Part shown: positions 24,383 through 34,283 of the stretch, one piece after another
How the letters are laid out: the number at the start of each line of letters is the position of its first letter
Numbering within the stretch: the first letter of the stretch is position 1
DNA from: Acidimicrobiales bacterium
GTDB lineage: Bacteria; Actinomycetota; Acidimicrobiia; Acidimicrobiales; SZUA-35
Length of the DNA: 64,000 nucleotides
Direction of reading: 5' to 3'
NCBI GenBank assembly: GCA_047974625.1
Contig: JBKECK010000068.1
Coordinates: 68,714 to 132,713 of the forward strand
Made by a program: the position numbers and the translations under genes
The notes under the pieces: model-generated
The model's input: only the letters and a program-made list of their open reading frames with translations
Database searches by the model: none
What the model was told of the DNA's origin: nothing

Positions 24383-25246
24383 TCAAGCGGCGAACGTCAC
24401 GGAGACGGCGGTGACCAGGACGGTGACCAACCCGTAGACGGTCTGCTGGACCCCCACCACCACCGCCGGCCGGACCGAGCCCCGCACCGCCGCCAGGTTG
24501 GCCGCGGCGATGGCGGCCACCACGACCAGCGGGGCGAGGGGTACGGCACCAACGGCCCAGGCCACCGCCACCACGGCCACCGCCAGCAGCTGGGCCAGAT
24601 CGCTCGTCCCGCAGCGGACCGGACGGCGGTGCAGGCGGAACACCTGGACCCGGGCGTACGGGATGGCGGCCACGGCCCGGGCCGCCACCACCGCCCACAG
24701 GCCGAGGGCCAGGGTCATCGATCCACCCCCGGCCAGGGTGATGGCGGCCGCCACCGACGAGATCCCGACCGCGCCGGCCAGTTCCGGCGGCAACCGCCGG
24801 CTGCGGGACCGCATGTCGAACCACAACTCGACCGCCACCAGCGGGGCGGCCACGACCAGCGGGACCCAGAACCGACCGTCGGTGGCGGTCACCGCGGCGA
24901 GGACGGCCAGGATCGTGATCACGGCCACCTCGGCCAGGGCCACCACGGCGGCCCGTCGGGTCCGGTCCAGCCACCGTCCCCGCCACCGGTCCACCAGCAC
25001 CACCTTGAGCGGGGTGCGGGCCACGAAGGCCCCCATGGCGGCCAGGCCGAGGGCGAGGCCCGGCCACGACGGTGCCACCAGCAGACCCAGGACGGCGGGT
25101 TCCGCGGTCAGGCTCCAGCCGCCGTGCTCGGTGGGCATGGCCACCTGCCGCCACGGCGACACCGGCCGGGGGGCGGCGCCGGTTCCGGACCGGTGCCCCG
25201 ACCCGGAGCCCCGACCGGGGACGGGTCCGTCGTCGACCGTGGTCAT
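24383..25246 (-). CDS. YwiC-like family membrane protein
   Basis: Polytopic membrane protein with the N-terminal PTEHGGWSL motif typical of YwiC-like proteins. The start is probably ATG 25246 (MTTVDDG). Confidence 0.55.
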   Translation of the reverse strand: MTTVDDGPVPGRGSGSGHRSGTGAAPRPVSPWRQVAMPTEHGGWSLTAEPAVLGLLVAPSWPGLALGLAAMGAFVARTPLKVVLVDRWRGRWLDRTRRAAVVALAEVAVITILAVLAAVTATDGRFWVPLVVAAPLVAVELWFDMRSRSRRLPPELAGAVGISSVAAAITLAGGGSMTLALGLWAVVAARAVAAIPYARVQVFRLHRRPVRCGTSDLAQLLAVAVVAVAWAVGAVPLAPLVVVAAIAAANLAAVRGSVRPAVVVGVQQTVYGLVTVLVTAVSVTFAA

Positions 25247-25490
25247 GGCCGGACCCCTGGCGACCGAATATCCAGTTGCACACTGCAAGACTAGGTGTGA
25301 GCAGGCGCCGTCCGGTAGCGGGAGCTAATCTGGTTGGTGGACAGCACATGACGCGCAGACGTCAACCACCACGTCGACACCAACCACGTGCTCGCCCAGT
25401 CGGCGGCCCACCCCCATTCCTACGGCCGCCGCCGGCCCCGCCCGGACCCTTTACCGGCGGGGCGACAACTCAGGAAAGGACACGAAGACC

Positions 25491-25913
25491 ATGGTCGCGC
25501 CCCTCGATTTTGCCGCGCCCCAGCCGACCCTGGACCGGCCCGATCTCGACTCGACCGATCAGATCGCCGAGATGGTCCGCCGCTTCTACCGTGACGTCGA
25601 CACCGACGATCTCCTCGGACCGATCTTCAACGACGTTGCCGAAGTGGACTGGGACACCCACCTCCCGAAACTCACCGCGTTCTGGGCCCGGGCCCTGCTC
25701 GGCCACGACGGGTACCACGGCAACCCGTTCGGTCGACACGCCGCCGTACACTCGGTCTCGCCCCTGGAACCGGTCCACTTCGAACGCTGGCTGAAACTGT
25801 TCGACGCCACCCTCGACGGAGGTTGGTCCGGTCCGGCCACCGAGCGGGCCCGGGCCCTGGCTCACAATGTGGCCCGGGTGCACAGCACCCAGCTCGGGGT
25901 AACCGGCGTCTGA
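25491..25913 (+). CDS. Group III truncated hemoglobin (globin-like protein)
   Basis: 140 aa; MVRRFYRDVDTDDLLGPIF...HLPKLTAFWARALLG...YHGNPFGRHA...HFERWLKLF. Confidence 0.7.
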   Translation: MVAPLDFAAPQPTLDRPDLDSTDQIAEMVRRFYRDVDTDDLLGPIFNDVAEVDWDTHLPKLTAFWARALLGHDGYHGNPFGRHAAVHSVSPLEPVHFERWLKLFDATLDGGWSGPATERARALAHNVARVHSTQLGVTGV

Positions 25914-26016
25914 GGACCGGCGCCGGGCGCGCCGCTCCTGTACTGTCGGGCCACGGACCGGGCCGGTATGCCGGCCTCTCACATCGACGGTCGTCGCGAC
26001 CAGGTAGGGGATCCGA

Positions 26017-27048
26017 ATGCGAGCAGTGGTGATGCGGGCGGGAGCCATGGCCGTCGAGGAGGTCCCCGAACCGAAGCCGGGGCCGGGCCAGGTCCTCATC
26101 GCCCCCCACGCCACCGGCATCTGCGGAAGTGACCTGCACTTCCGCGAGGAGTCGATCGCCGCCGCCCAGGCGGCCCCGGACGAACCCCAGCCGCCGGTCA
26201 TCCCCGGCCACGAGATCGCCGGAGAGGTGGTCGCCCTCGGCCCCGACGTCCCGGCCGGGACGGTGAAGCCGGGCGACCGGGTCACCGCCATCCCGTTCAC
26301 CATGGGGCCGGACGGCCCCGAGACCATCGGCCTGTCTCCCACCCACGGTGGTGGCCTGGCCGAGCTGGCGGCCTTCGACGCCTCCCGCACCCTGCTGCTA
26401 CCCCCGGATCTCGACCTCCGCCTGGCCGCCCTGGCCGAGCCGGTGGCCGTGGCCGCCCACGCCGCGGCCATGGCGGCACCGGACGGGCCGATCGTGGTGG
26501 TGGGGGCTGGGCCGATCGGCCTGGGCATCATCGCGGTGAGTGCCGCGGCCGGCCGGGGGCCCATCATCGCCGTCGACCCCTCCCCCAGCCGCCGCGCCAA
26601 GGCCCTGGCCGTCGGGGCCACGTCGGTCCACGAGCCCGGCACCCCCCTCATCGAACTGATGGCGGCCCACGGCTACACCCCGAGCACCATCTCACCCCTC
26701 CTCGACGCCGACCCGAACCCGTCCACCGTGTTCGAATGCGTCGGCCGGGCGCCCGTGGTTCAGGCCATCGTGGCCGAGGCCCCGCCCCACAGCCAGGTGG
26801 TCCTGGCCGGAGCCTGCCCGCACACCATCGAGGTGGAGCCCCTGCAGCTCACGGTGACCGAGGTGAAACTGGCCGCCAGCTTCGCTTACCGCCACCACGA
26901 CTTCGCCACCGCCCTCCGGCTCCTCAACCAGGAACCGGAACGGTTCGGGCAGCTGATCACCAGCGAACGCCCCCTCGAGGAGGCGGAGGCCGCGTTCGAC
27001 GACCTCGCCGGCCACGCCGACGAGGTGAAGATCCTGATCCGGCCCTGA
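26017..27048 (+). CDS. Zinc-dependent alcohol dehydrogenase family (MDR) oxidoreductase
   Basis: ATGICGSDLHF, PGHEIAGEVVALG and nucleotide loop VVGAGPIGLG. Confidence 0.8.
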   Translation: MRAVVMRAGAMAVEEVPEPKPGPGQVLIAPHATGICGSDLHFREESIAAAQAAPDEPQPPVIPGHEIAGEVVALGPDVPAGTVKPGDRVTAIPFTMGPDGPETIGLSPTHGGGLAELAAFDASRTLLLPPDLDLRLAALAEPVAVAAHAAAMAAPDGPIVVVGAGPIGLGIIAVSAAAGRGPIIAVDPSPSRRAKALAVGATSVHEPGTPLIELMAAHGYTPSTISPLLDADPNPSTVFECVGRAPVVQAIVAEAPPHSQVVLAGACPHTIEVEPLQLTVTEVKLAASFAYRHHDFATALRLLNQEPERFGQLITSERPLEEAEAAFDDLAGHADEVKILIRP

Positions 27049-27130
27049 TCCACTTCCGGACCGTTCGGGCCCGGTGTCAGGGGAGGTTCCCGGGATCAGG
27101 TTGCGGGTCCTTCACCCGGAATCGCTCCGA

Positions 27131-27733
27131 TCACCCGGAATTGCTCTGTGAGCTACTGCGGATCAGGTCGGCGACCTCGGCCTCGTCGAGGCGGCCGGAC
27201 CACTGTCCGAGCACCGTCCCGTCCCCGTCGTAGAGGATGGCGGCCGGCGGTGCCGTGATCCCGAGCGCAGCCCACGTGGCGGACGTCCCGTCCCACAGCA
27301 TGGTGAACGTGACCCCTCCGGCCAGGGCGAACTCGCGGGCCGCGTCCAGATCGCCCTGGATGCCCAACCCGACCACGCTCACCTCGCCGTCATGTTCCCG
27401 AGCGAACCGCTCGAGGCCGGGCGCCTCGGCCCGGCAGATGGTTCACGGGGATGTCCACAACCAGAGCAGCACCGGTTGATCGGCCGGGAGCAGGGAGGCC
27501 AGATCGACCGGGTCGCCGGTGGCCACGTCGGTGACGTCCACGACCGGGAGCGGGTTCGATCCCGCCTCGCCGCTGACCACGGCCGGACCGGCCTCCTCGT
27601 CGGACCCGCTCACGCAGCCGGCCAGGCTGAGGACGGCGGCGAGCACCAAACCCAGCCCGATGGCGGCCCGGCGGGGCGAACCGGTTCGGCGCGGCACGGC
27701 TTCGGGTCGGCTCATGGGGGTCCGCTCGATCAC
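27131..27733 (-). CDS. TlpA/ResA-like thioredoxin-fold lipoprotein with an in-frame TGA (27443-27445) at the first Cys of CxxC: selenocysteine (UxxC) candidate or pseudogene
   Basis: Track ORFs 27443-27733 and 27131-27382 lie in the same frame, separated only by one TGA. The joined reading is ...LAGC(lipobox)...QPVLLWLWTSP-TGA-TICRAEAPGLERFAREHDGEVSVVGLGIQG...ILYDGDGTVLGQW. This aligns with the canonical VLVNFWASWCxxCRAE redoxin motif, placing the TGA on the nucleophilic Cys. Confidence 0.6.
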
Positions 27734-27868
27734 CCGGATTCGGTACGGGACGGCCCGTGGGCCTCACATCGGCAGGCCGGCGTTCTGGCCTTGAGCGCCG
27801 AAAACCCCGGATCACCGCCGACAGGAGCGGAGGTTCCCGGCCGACGGTGGCAGCTAGCCTTCCGCTCA

Positions 27869-28771
27869 GTGGGTAATCCCGTTCCCGACGATACCCGCGG
27901 CATCGTCGATCCGACCGCGATGTTCGAGGTGGTGGACTTCCAACGGTACCCCGCCGGCCCTTCGCTGGAGGGCTTGGTGGCGTGGTTGTGGTCGGTCTCC
28001 TGGGCGCTCCCGCCGGGCACCGTCCACGACCAGCAGGTGCTGAACCATCCGGCCGGCCACATCAGCGTGGGCACGATCGACGACGCCGGGGTCCCCCTCG
28101 ATCCGGCCGAGGGTCGGGTGTACGGCGTGCTGGACCGGTTGAGCCACCGCCGGCTGACGGGGGCCGGATGGACGGTGGCCGCCCGCTCGACCGTGGGCGG
28201 CCTCGGCGTGCTCCTCGATCAGCCGGCCCGCAACGCGACCGGCCGCCAGCTCTCCCTGGGCGAGGCGCTTCCCGGGATCGACCCCGACCTGGTGCCCGCC
28301 GTGAACGCGGCGGTCGACGCCCATGGTACGGCCGCCGGGATCGCGGCCGGGGTGGAGCGGCTCCGTGCGGGACTGGAGGCCGTGGTCGGCCAGCGACCAT
28401 CCGCCCTGGTGGAGGAGGCCCGCTGGGTCGTCGAGGTGGCCCGCCTGGCCGAGACCGACCGGACCGTGTGCCGGGTGGAGCAGCTGGCCGAACGGGCGTG
28501 CGTCAGCGTCCGCTCGTTGCAACGCCGCTTCGACCGGCACGTCGGAGCCAGTCCCTCGTTCGTGATCCGCCGGTGGCGCATCATCGAAGCGGCCGAGTCC
28601 GCCCGTCACGCCCGAACCACCGGTGGAGAATGGCCCGGTTGGTCGGCGGTGGCGGCCCGGCTCGGCTACGCCGATCAGGCCCACCTCAGCCGCGACTTCC
28701 GTCACCATCTCGGCGTCACCCCTTCCGCCTACGTTCGTCGTCCCCCGCCCCGATCGACCCCGGCGCGATGA
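27869..28771 (+). CDS. AraC-family transcriptional regulator
   Basis: C-terminal HTH: ERACVSVRSLQRRFDRHVGASPSFVIRRWRIIEAAE...ARLGYADQAHLSRDFRHHLGVTPSAY. The listed ORF (from 27392) overlaps the divergent redoxin gene; GTG 27869 is the plausible start. Confidence 0.75.
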   Translation: MGNPVPDDTRGIVDPTAMFEVVDFQRYPAGPSLEGLVAWLWSVSWALPPGTVHDQQVLNHPAGHISVGTIDDAGVPLDPAEGRVYGVLDRLSHRRLTGAGWTVAARSTVGGLGVLLDQPARNATGRQLSLGEALPGIDPDLVPAVNAAVDAHGTAAGIAAGVERLRAGLEAVVGQRPSALVEEARWVVEVARLAETDRTVCRVEQLAERACVSVRSLQRRFDRHVGASPSFVIRRWRIIEAAESARHARTTGGEWPGWSAVAARLGYADQAHLSRDFRHHLGVTPSAYVRRPPPRSTPAR

Positions 28772-28891
28772 CGCCCCGGACCCCGATGTTGGACGCCGCA
28801 GGCCACGGTCGACTCAGATACCCACCGGGAACGCGTCCGACCGGGGATCGACCCGGGTCCGGCGACCGTGTTCCGACGGAAGGGGAAAACC

Positions 28892-29800
28892 ATGGTTTCA
28901 CAACCGAGTCGTTCGATCCGGACCCTGGTGGGCGTCGCTGTGCTCACCGCCGGTGTCGCCGTCGGGGGCGGCGCCGCGTCGGCGGGCAACGACAAACCCG
29001 ACGATCCGCTCCGGATCATGGTGACCAATGACGACGGCTGGCAGGCCGAAGGCATCACCGCGGTCTACGACGCCCTGGTCGCCGCCGGCTACGACGTGAC
29101 CATGGTGGCCCCCGCCGGCAACCAGAGCGGGATGGGGGGCCGGGTCACCCTGACGGGCCCGTTGGTGGTGTCGCAGCCCGAGGCGGGCAAGTTCGCGGTC
29201 GAGGGGACCCCGGCCGACGCCACCGAGTTCGGTCTGTCCACCCTGTACGCCGGGGAACCACCCGACCTGGTGATCTCGGGGACCAACATCGGGCAGAACA
29301 TCGCCGCCGCCGAGATCCACTCCGGTACCGTCGCCGCCGCCGCCACCTCCCTCAACGAGGGTGTTCCCGCCATCGCCGTCAGCACCGAGGTGCCCGTGGG
29401 CAGCGCCGTCGGCGAGCCCGACTTCGCCGGCACCGCCGACTTCACCGTGGAACTGGTGGAGGAGCTCGACGAACGGTCGCGCGGTGGGGCCCTCCTCCCC
29501 GAGGGCCTGGGCCTCAACGTCAACTATCCCCTGGTCACCGAGGGTGAGACCCTCGGTGACGCTGTCCTGGTGAACACCGGCACCGGCTTCCTCGACGGCA
29601 CCTACGAGGGCGCGATCCCCGGAGTCGGGGAGTCTACCGATTTCGAGATCGTGCTCACCCTCAAGCCCGAGACGGTGGCCGATTCCGACACCGAGGCGCT
29701 GGCCGACAACAACATCACGATCACCCCGATCAACGGCAACTACGACGCCGGCCGCACCGACTCCCTCATCCGCCGGGTGGTGAAGTCGCTGAACAAGTAG
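28892..29800 (+). CDS. SurE-family 5'/3'-nucleotidase, secreted
   Basis: ATG 28892 after GAAGGGGA. Signal peptide IRTLVGVAVLTAGVAVGGGAASA, then IMVTNDDGWQAEGI...VTMVAPAGNQSGMGG. Confidence 0.7.
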   Translation: MVSQPSRSIRTLVGVAVLTAGVAVGGGAASAGNDKPDDPLRIMVTNDDGWQAEGITAVYDALVAAGYDVTMVAPAGNQSGMGGRVTLTGPLVVSQPEAGKFAVEGTPADATEFGLSTLYAGEPPDLVISGTNIGQNIAAAEIHSGTVAAAATSLNEGVPAIAVSTEVPVGSAVGEPDFAGTADFTVELVEELDERSRGGALLPEGLGLNVNYPLVTEGETLGDAVLVNTGTGFLDGTYEGAIPGVGESTDFEIVLTLKPETVADSDTEALADNNITITPINGNYDAGRTDSLIRRVVKSLNK

Positions 29801-29854
29801 TGGGCCAACCCCGCCGAGCCGGGTCCGCCGAACGGGCGGGGCGACACCGGCGGA

Positions 29855-31894
29855 TCAGACCGGCTCGACCTCGACCAGGGTTTCGTGGAAGAAGGCGGAA
29901 CCCTGGTCGTCGTCGGCCACGGCCGGGTTGGTGAGAGCGTTCACGGCCCGGCCCTCGGGGCTGGAGCGGTGCCACCAGCCAAAGGGCATGGTCACCAGGC
30001 CGGGTTGCCCGTCGGTGCCGACATGGGCGGTGATGGTGAGGCTGCCGCGGTCGTTGTGGACCCTCACCCGGTCACCGTCGCCGACGCCGCGGGCGGCGGC
30101 GTCGAGGGGATGGATGTGGAGCCGCGGTGCGGGCGGCTGAGGGAAGTGGGGCTCGGAACCCCCATAGTTGGCGTTCAGGAAGGCCGGGTGCTGCTTGCGG
30201 CTCATCAGGGCCAGCGGGAACCGCCCGGTGAGGGCGGGATCGCCCCCGGGGGTCTCCGGGCCGACCTCGGTGGACACCGCCCCGAGCCGGAACCGGGGGC
30301 GGGGCGCCGCGTCACCGGGGCCACCGGCGGCGGCCGGGTCGGGGTCGAGGTGGGGTCGGTGGTCGGCGGGGACGGCCAGCCGGGCCCATCCCTCGGCCGC
30401 CAGCCGCTCGTAGCTGATCCCGTCCAGCCACGGATGTCCGGAGGCCAGCAGGCGCCGGATCACGGTCTCGTCGTCGGCGGCCAGCATCGGATCGTCGTCC
30501 ACCCCCAGAGCCCGGGCCAACCGGCGGAAGATCTCGCTGTTCGGCCTGGCCTGGCCGAGCGGGGCGATGGCCGGCTGATTGAGCGACAGGTACAGGTGAC
30601 CCCAGGCGATACCCAGGTCGAGGTGCTCCACCTGGGTGGTGGCGGGCAGGATCACGTCGGCGTACCGGGCCGTGTCGGTCATGACCTGCTCGATCACCAC
30701 GGTGAAGAGGTCGTCCCGTTCCAACCCGGCGACCACCCGGTTCTGGTCGGGGACGATCACGGCCGGGTTGGCGTTGTGGACCACCAGGGCCTCGATGGGG
30801 GGATCGAGGGACTGGTCGGTGAGGACCTGACCGAGGCGGGCCATGTTGAAGCTGCGACGGTCGGGCCGGTCGGTGGGCAGGGCCAGGGCGGTCTCGAAGT
30901 ACACCTGGGTGGACCGGGCCAGACCCCCGCCGACGTCCCGCCAGGCCCCGGTGACCGCCGGCAGCATGGTCACGGCGCGGAGCAGTTCCCGGCCCCCGGC
31001 CCGGTGCTCGGGGCCGACCAGGGTGCGTACCACGGCCGGGCGTTGGGTGGCGTAGGTGTGGGCCAACCATTCCACGTCGGCGGCGGCCACCCCGGTGGCC
31101 TCGGCCGTGGTGTCGGGTGCCCAGGGCGCCGCTGAGGCCTGGAGCTCCTCCCATCCGACGGTGGCGGCCTCGATCCAGGCCCGGTCGAGGAGACCGTCCC
31201 GCTCCATGACGTGGATCAGGCCCAGCACCAGGGCGGCGTCGGTTCCCGGCCGGACCTGGAGGAACCGGTCGGCCCGGCGGGCGGTGGCGGTGCGGACTGG
31301 GTCGATCACCACCACGGTGGCCCCGGCCACCCGGGCCCGGTCGATCACCGGCCACAGGTGCCGGTTGGTGAGTGCGGTGTCCGTCCCCCACAGGACGATG
31401 GTGCGGGCGTCGGCCAGGCGTTCCGGGTCGACCCCGAAGGGGGTGCCGGTCACGTCGGCGGCCGCCATCCAGGCGGTGGAGCCGCACAGGTGCCGGATGA
31501 CGTCACTGGCCCCGATCCGGTCGAAGAACCGGTCGGCGATGAGGCCCTTCTGCACCACCCCCTGGGTGCCGTCGAACGAGAACGGCAAGATGGCCTCGGC
31601 CCGGCCGGCCGCGATCAGAGCGCCGAGCCGGTCGGCCACCAGGGCCTCGGCCTCGTCCCAACCGATCGGGGTGTACCGACCGGACCCCTTGGGGCCGGTG
31701 CGGACCAGCGGGGTGAGGATCCGGTCGGGGTGGTAGACCCGGTCGAGGTAGCGGTTGACCTTGGGACACAGCTGACCGGCCGTCAAGGGGTGTTCGGCGC
31801 TGCCCCGCAGGGCCACGGCCCGACCGTCGGTCACCGTCACCTCCCACATGCAGGTGTCGGGGCAGTCGTGGTGGCAGGAGCCTCGGACCAGCAT
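29855..31894 (-). CDS. Molybdopterin-dependent oxidoreductase (MopB superfamily, BisC-like)
   Basis: N-terminal 4Fe-4S motif SCHHDCPDTC, MopB core, and a C-terminal molybdopterin dinucleotide-binding domain (LHIHPLDAAARGVGDGDRVRVHNDRGS). Confidence 0.8.
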   Translation of the reverse strand: MLVRGSCHHDCPDTCMWEVTVTDGRAVALRGSAEHPLTAGQLCPKVNRYLDRVYHPDRILTPLVRTGPKGSGRYTPIGWDEAEALVADRLGALIAAGRAEAILPFSFDGTQGVVQKGLIADRFFDRIGASDVIRHLCGSTAWMAAADVTGTPFGVDPERLADARTIVLWGTDTALTNRHLWPVIDRARVAGATVVVIDPVRTATARRADRFLQVRPGTDAALVLGLIHVMERDGLLDRAWIEAATVGWEELQASAAPWAPDTTAEATGVAAADVEWLAHTYATQRPAVVRTLVGPEHRAGGRELLRAVTMLPAVTGAWRDVGGGLARSTQVYFETALALPTDRPDRRSFNMARLGQVLTDQSLDPPIEALVVHNANPAVIVPDQNRVVAGLERDDLFTVVIEQVMTDTARYADVILPATTQVEHLDLGIAWGHLYLSLNQPAIAPLGQARPNSEIFRRLARALGVDDDPMLAADDETVIRRLLASGHPWLDGISYERLAAEGWARLAVPADHRPHLDPDPAAAGGPGDAAPRPRFRLGAVSTEVGPETPGGDPALTGRFPLALMSRKQHPAFLNANYGGSEPHFPQPPAPRLHIHPLDAAARGVGDGDRVRVHNDRGSLTITAHVGTDGQPGLVTMPFGWWHRSSPEGRAVNALTNPAVADDDQGSAFFHETLVEVEPV

Positions 31895-31918
31895 CAGGGG
31901 GCCGCCGCTTCGGTCCGG

Positions 31919-32419
31919 TCAGTCCGTGGTCAGGGGGAGGCCGGCGGCCTCCCAGTCGATCACGCCACCGTCGATCTCGTACACCTGGTCAAAGCCGGCC
32001 GCCCGCATCTCCTCGGTGGCCGCGGCCGACCGGTTACCGGACCGGCAGTAGACGAGATAGGGCTGGCCGGGATCGAGTTCGGCGATCTGGCCGGCGAAGT
32101 CGGGGCCCTCGAAGTCGATGTCGACCGCCCCGTCCAGGTGGCCCTCCTGGAACTCCTGTGGGGTGCGGACGTCGAGGACGGTGACCGAGTCGTCGGCGGC
32201 CAGCGCGGCCGCCTGCTCCGGGGTGACCAGGCCCGGGGCGGCCGCCGCGGTGCCGATCTCGCCGGCCACCACGATCTCGGTGGTGGTGCCGCCGGCGTCG
32301 GCCCCGTCCTCGGAACCACCGCAGCCCGCCAGGATCCCGGCCAGGGCCACGGCCCCGGCCAGGGCCACCCCGACGCTCCGGGACCGGGGTCGGTATCGAA
32401 CGTGGCGGATCTCCCGCAT
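31919..32419 (-). CDS. Rhodanese-domain lipoprotein (sulfurtransferase)
   Basis: Lipobox LAGILAGC and active-site loop YCRSGNRS; LDVRTPQEFQEGHLDGAVDI. Confidence 0.75.
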   Translation of the reverse strand: MREIRHVRYRPRSRSVGVALAGAVALAGILAGCGGSEDGADAGGTTTEIVVAGEIGTAAAAPGLVTPEQAAALAADDSVTVLDVRTPQEFQEGHLDGAVDIDFEGPDFAGQIAELDPGQPYLVYCRSGNRSAAATEEMRAAGFDQVYEIDGGVIDWEAAGLPLTTD

Positions 32420-32579
32420 GGCTGCTCCCTGATGTCCCTTGGTCTGGACGCGATCGACCTGTCGATCGCGTCGTCGGTGTGCCGGGCCCAGGGTAGGCAG
32501 CCGGCCGGCGCCCGACGCCGCATCCGGCGCCGGATCGGTGGCCGGGCCGCCCCGCCGGGCCAGTGGTTATGGTTGCCCT

Positions 32580-34283
32580 GTGACCGGTATCACCCACCCA
32601 ACGGCGACCACCATCTACCCGGCTCGACGGGTGGTGACGATGAACCCGTCGATCCCCCGGGCCGAGGCGGTGGCGGTGCGGGGTGACCGCATCCTCGCCG
32701 TTGGCACCGTCGACGAGTTGGCCTCCTGGGGCGACCATGTGGTCGACCGCCGCTTCGCCGACCGGGTGCTGCTGCCCGGCTTCGTCGAGGCCCACACCCA
32801 CGTGATGAGCGGCGGCATGTGGGACCACCCCTATATCGGCTGGTTCGACCGGACCGGTCCGGACGGTCGCCACTGGCCCGGGGCCCGCGACGTCGCCACC
32901 GTGATCGACCTGCTCCGCCACTACGAGGCCGAGTTGGACGACCCCGACGATCCCCTGATCGCCTGGGGCCTCGACCCGATCTACTTCGCCGGGGAACGGC
33001 TGGTGGCCCGGCACCTCGACCAGGTGTCGGACCGACGGCCGATCTTCGTCTACCACGCCAGCGGCCACCTGGCCACGGTCAACACCGCCATGCTCCGGCG
33101 GGAGAACATCGACGCCACCACCCCCACCCCGGGGGTGGCCAGGGGCCCCGACGGCCAACCGAACGGGGAGTTGCAGGAGCCTGCTGCCATGATGCTGGCC
33201 TCGGCCGCCTATCCGACCATGTTCCGTTCCATGCACGGGCCCGACGCCATCCGCGCCTTCGCGGCGGAGGCGCGCAACACCGGCCAGACCACCGTCACCG
33301 ATCTGGGGAGCACGGCCATCGACCGGCCCCGCCAGCTCGAGGCGTGGAAGGCGGTCACCGCCCAACCCGACTTCCCGGTACGGGTCATGGTGGCCGCCGC
33401 CCCCGGCCTGGCCCAGATCGCCCCGTCCGAGCTGGGGTCCATGGTCCGGGACCTGGCCGCCGAGATGGAGGCGGCGGGCAACACCAAGCTCCGGTTCGGT
33501 ATCGCCAAGATCATCCTGGACGGGTCGATCCAGGGGTTCACGGCCCGGATCAGCTGGCCCCACTACTACCGACCCCCCGAGGGCCATCCCGGAAACGGCC
33601 TGTGGCTCGTGCCCCCGGACCGGATGGCCGACCTGGTCACCGACCTGCACCGGGCGGGCCTGATCGTCCACTGCCACTGCAACGGCGACGAGGCCTCGGA
33701 GGTGTTCATCGACGCGGTGGCCACCGCCCTGGAACGTCATCCCCGGGCCGATCACCGCCACACCGTGCAGCACTGCCAGCTCACCACCCCGGCCCAGTAC
33801 CGGCGGATGGCCGCCCTCGGGATGCAGGCCAACATCTTCTCCAACCACATCTTCTACTGGGGCGACCAGCACCACGACGTCACCCTCGGGCCCGACCGGG
33901 CCGCCGCCATGGACGCCTGCGCCACCGCCCACCGCGAGGGGGTCCGGTTCGCCATCCACGCCGACACCCCGGTGACCCCCATGGGCCAGCTCCACACCGC
34001 CTGGTGCGCGGTGAACCGGCTCACCGCCTCCGGCCGGGTGCTCGGTCCCGACGAGCGGATCCCGGTGGAGACGGCCCTGGAGGCCATCACCCTGGGGGCC
34101 GCCCACCAGCTCGGCCTGGATCACGAGATCGGCAGCATCGAAGCCGGGAAGCTGGCCGACTTCGCTGTCCTCGACGACGACCCCCTCACCGCGGACCCGA
34201 CCACCCTGGCCGAGATCGGGGTGTGGGGCACCGTCCTGGGCGGGGTGCCCCAGCCGGGCGCCGGCCGGTCGGACACCCCGTGA
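32580..34283 (+). CDS. Amidohydrolase family metal-dependent hydrolase (Amidohydro_3/YtcJ-like)
   Basis: AEAVAVRGDRILAVG...LLPGFVEAHTHV; C-terminal GSIEAGKLADFAVLD. GTG 32580 is the likely start. Confidence 0.75.
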   Translation: MTGITHPTATTIYPARRVVTMNPSIPRAEAVAVRGDRILAVGTVDELASWGDHVVDRRFADRVLLPGFVEAHTHVMSGGMWDHPYIGWFDRTGPDGRHWPGARDVATVIDLLRHYEAELDDPDDPLIAWGLDPIYFAGERLVARHLDQVSDRRPIFVYHASGHLATVNTAMLRRENIDATTPTPGVARGPDGQPNGELQEPAAMMLASAAYPTMFRSMHGPDAIRAFAAEARNTGQTTVTDLGSTAIDRPRQLEAWKAVTAQPDFPVRVMVAAAPGLAQIAPSELGSMVRDLAAEMEAAGNTKLRFGIAKIILDGSIQGFTARISWPHYYRPPEGHPGNGLWLVPPDRMADLVTDLHRAGLIVHCHCNGDEASEVFIDAVATALERHPRADHRHTVQHCQLTTPAQYRRMAALGMQANIFSNHIFYWGDQHHDVTLGPDRAAAMDACATAHREGVRFAIHADTPVTPMGQLHTAWCAVNRLTASGRVLGPDERIPVETALEAITLGAAHQLGLDHEIGSIEAGKLADFAVLDDDPLTADPTTLAEIGVWGTVLGGVPQPGAGRSDTP

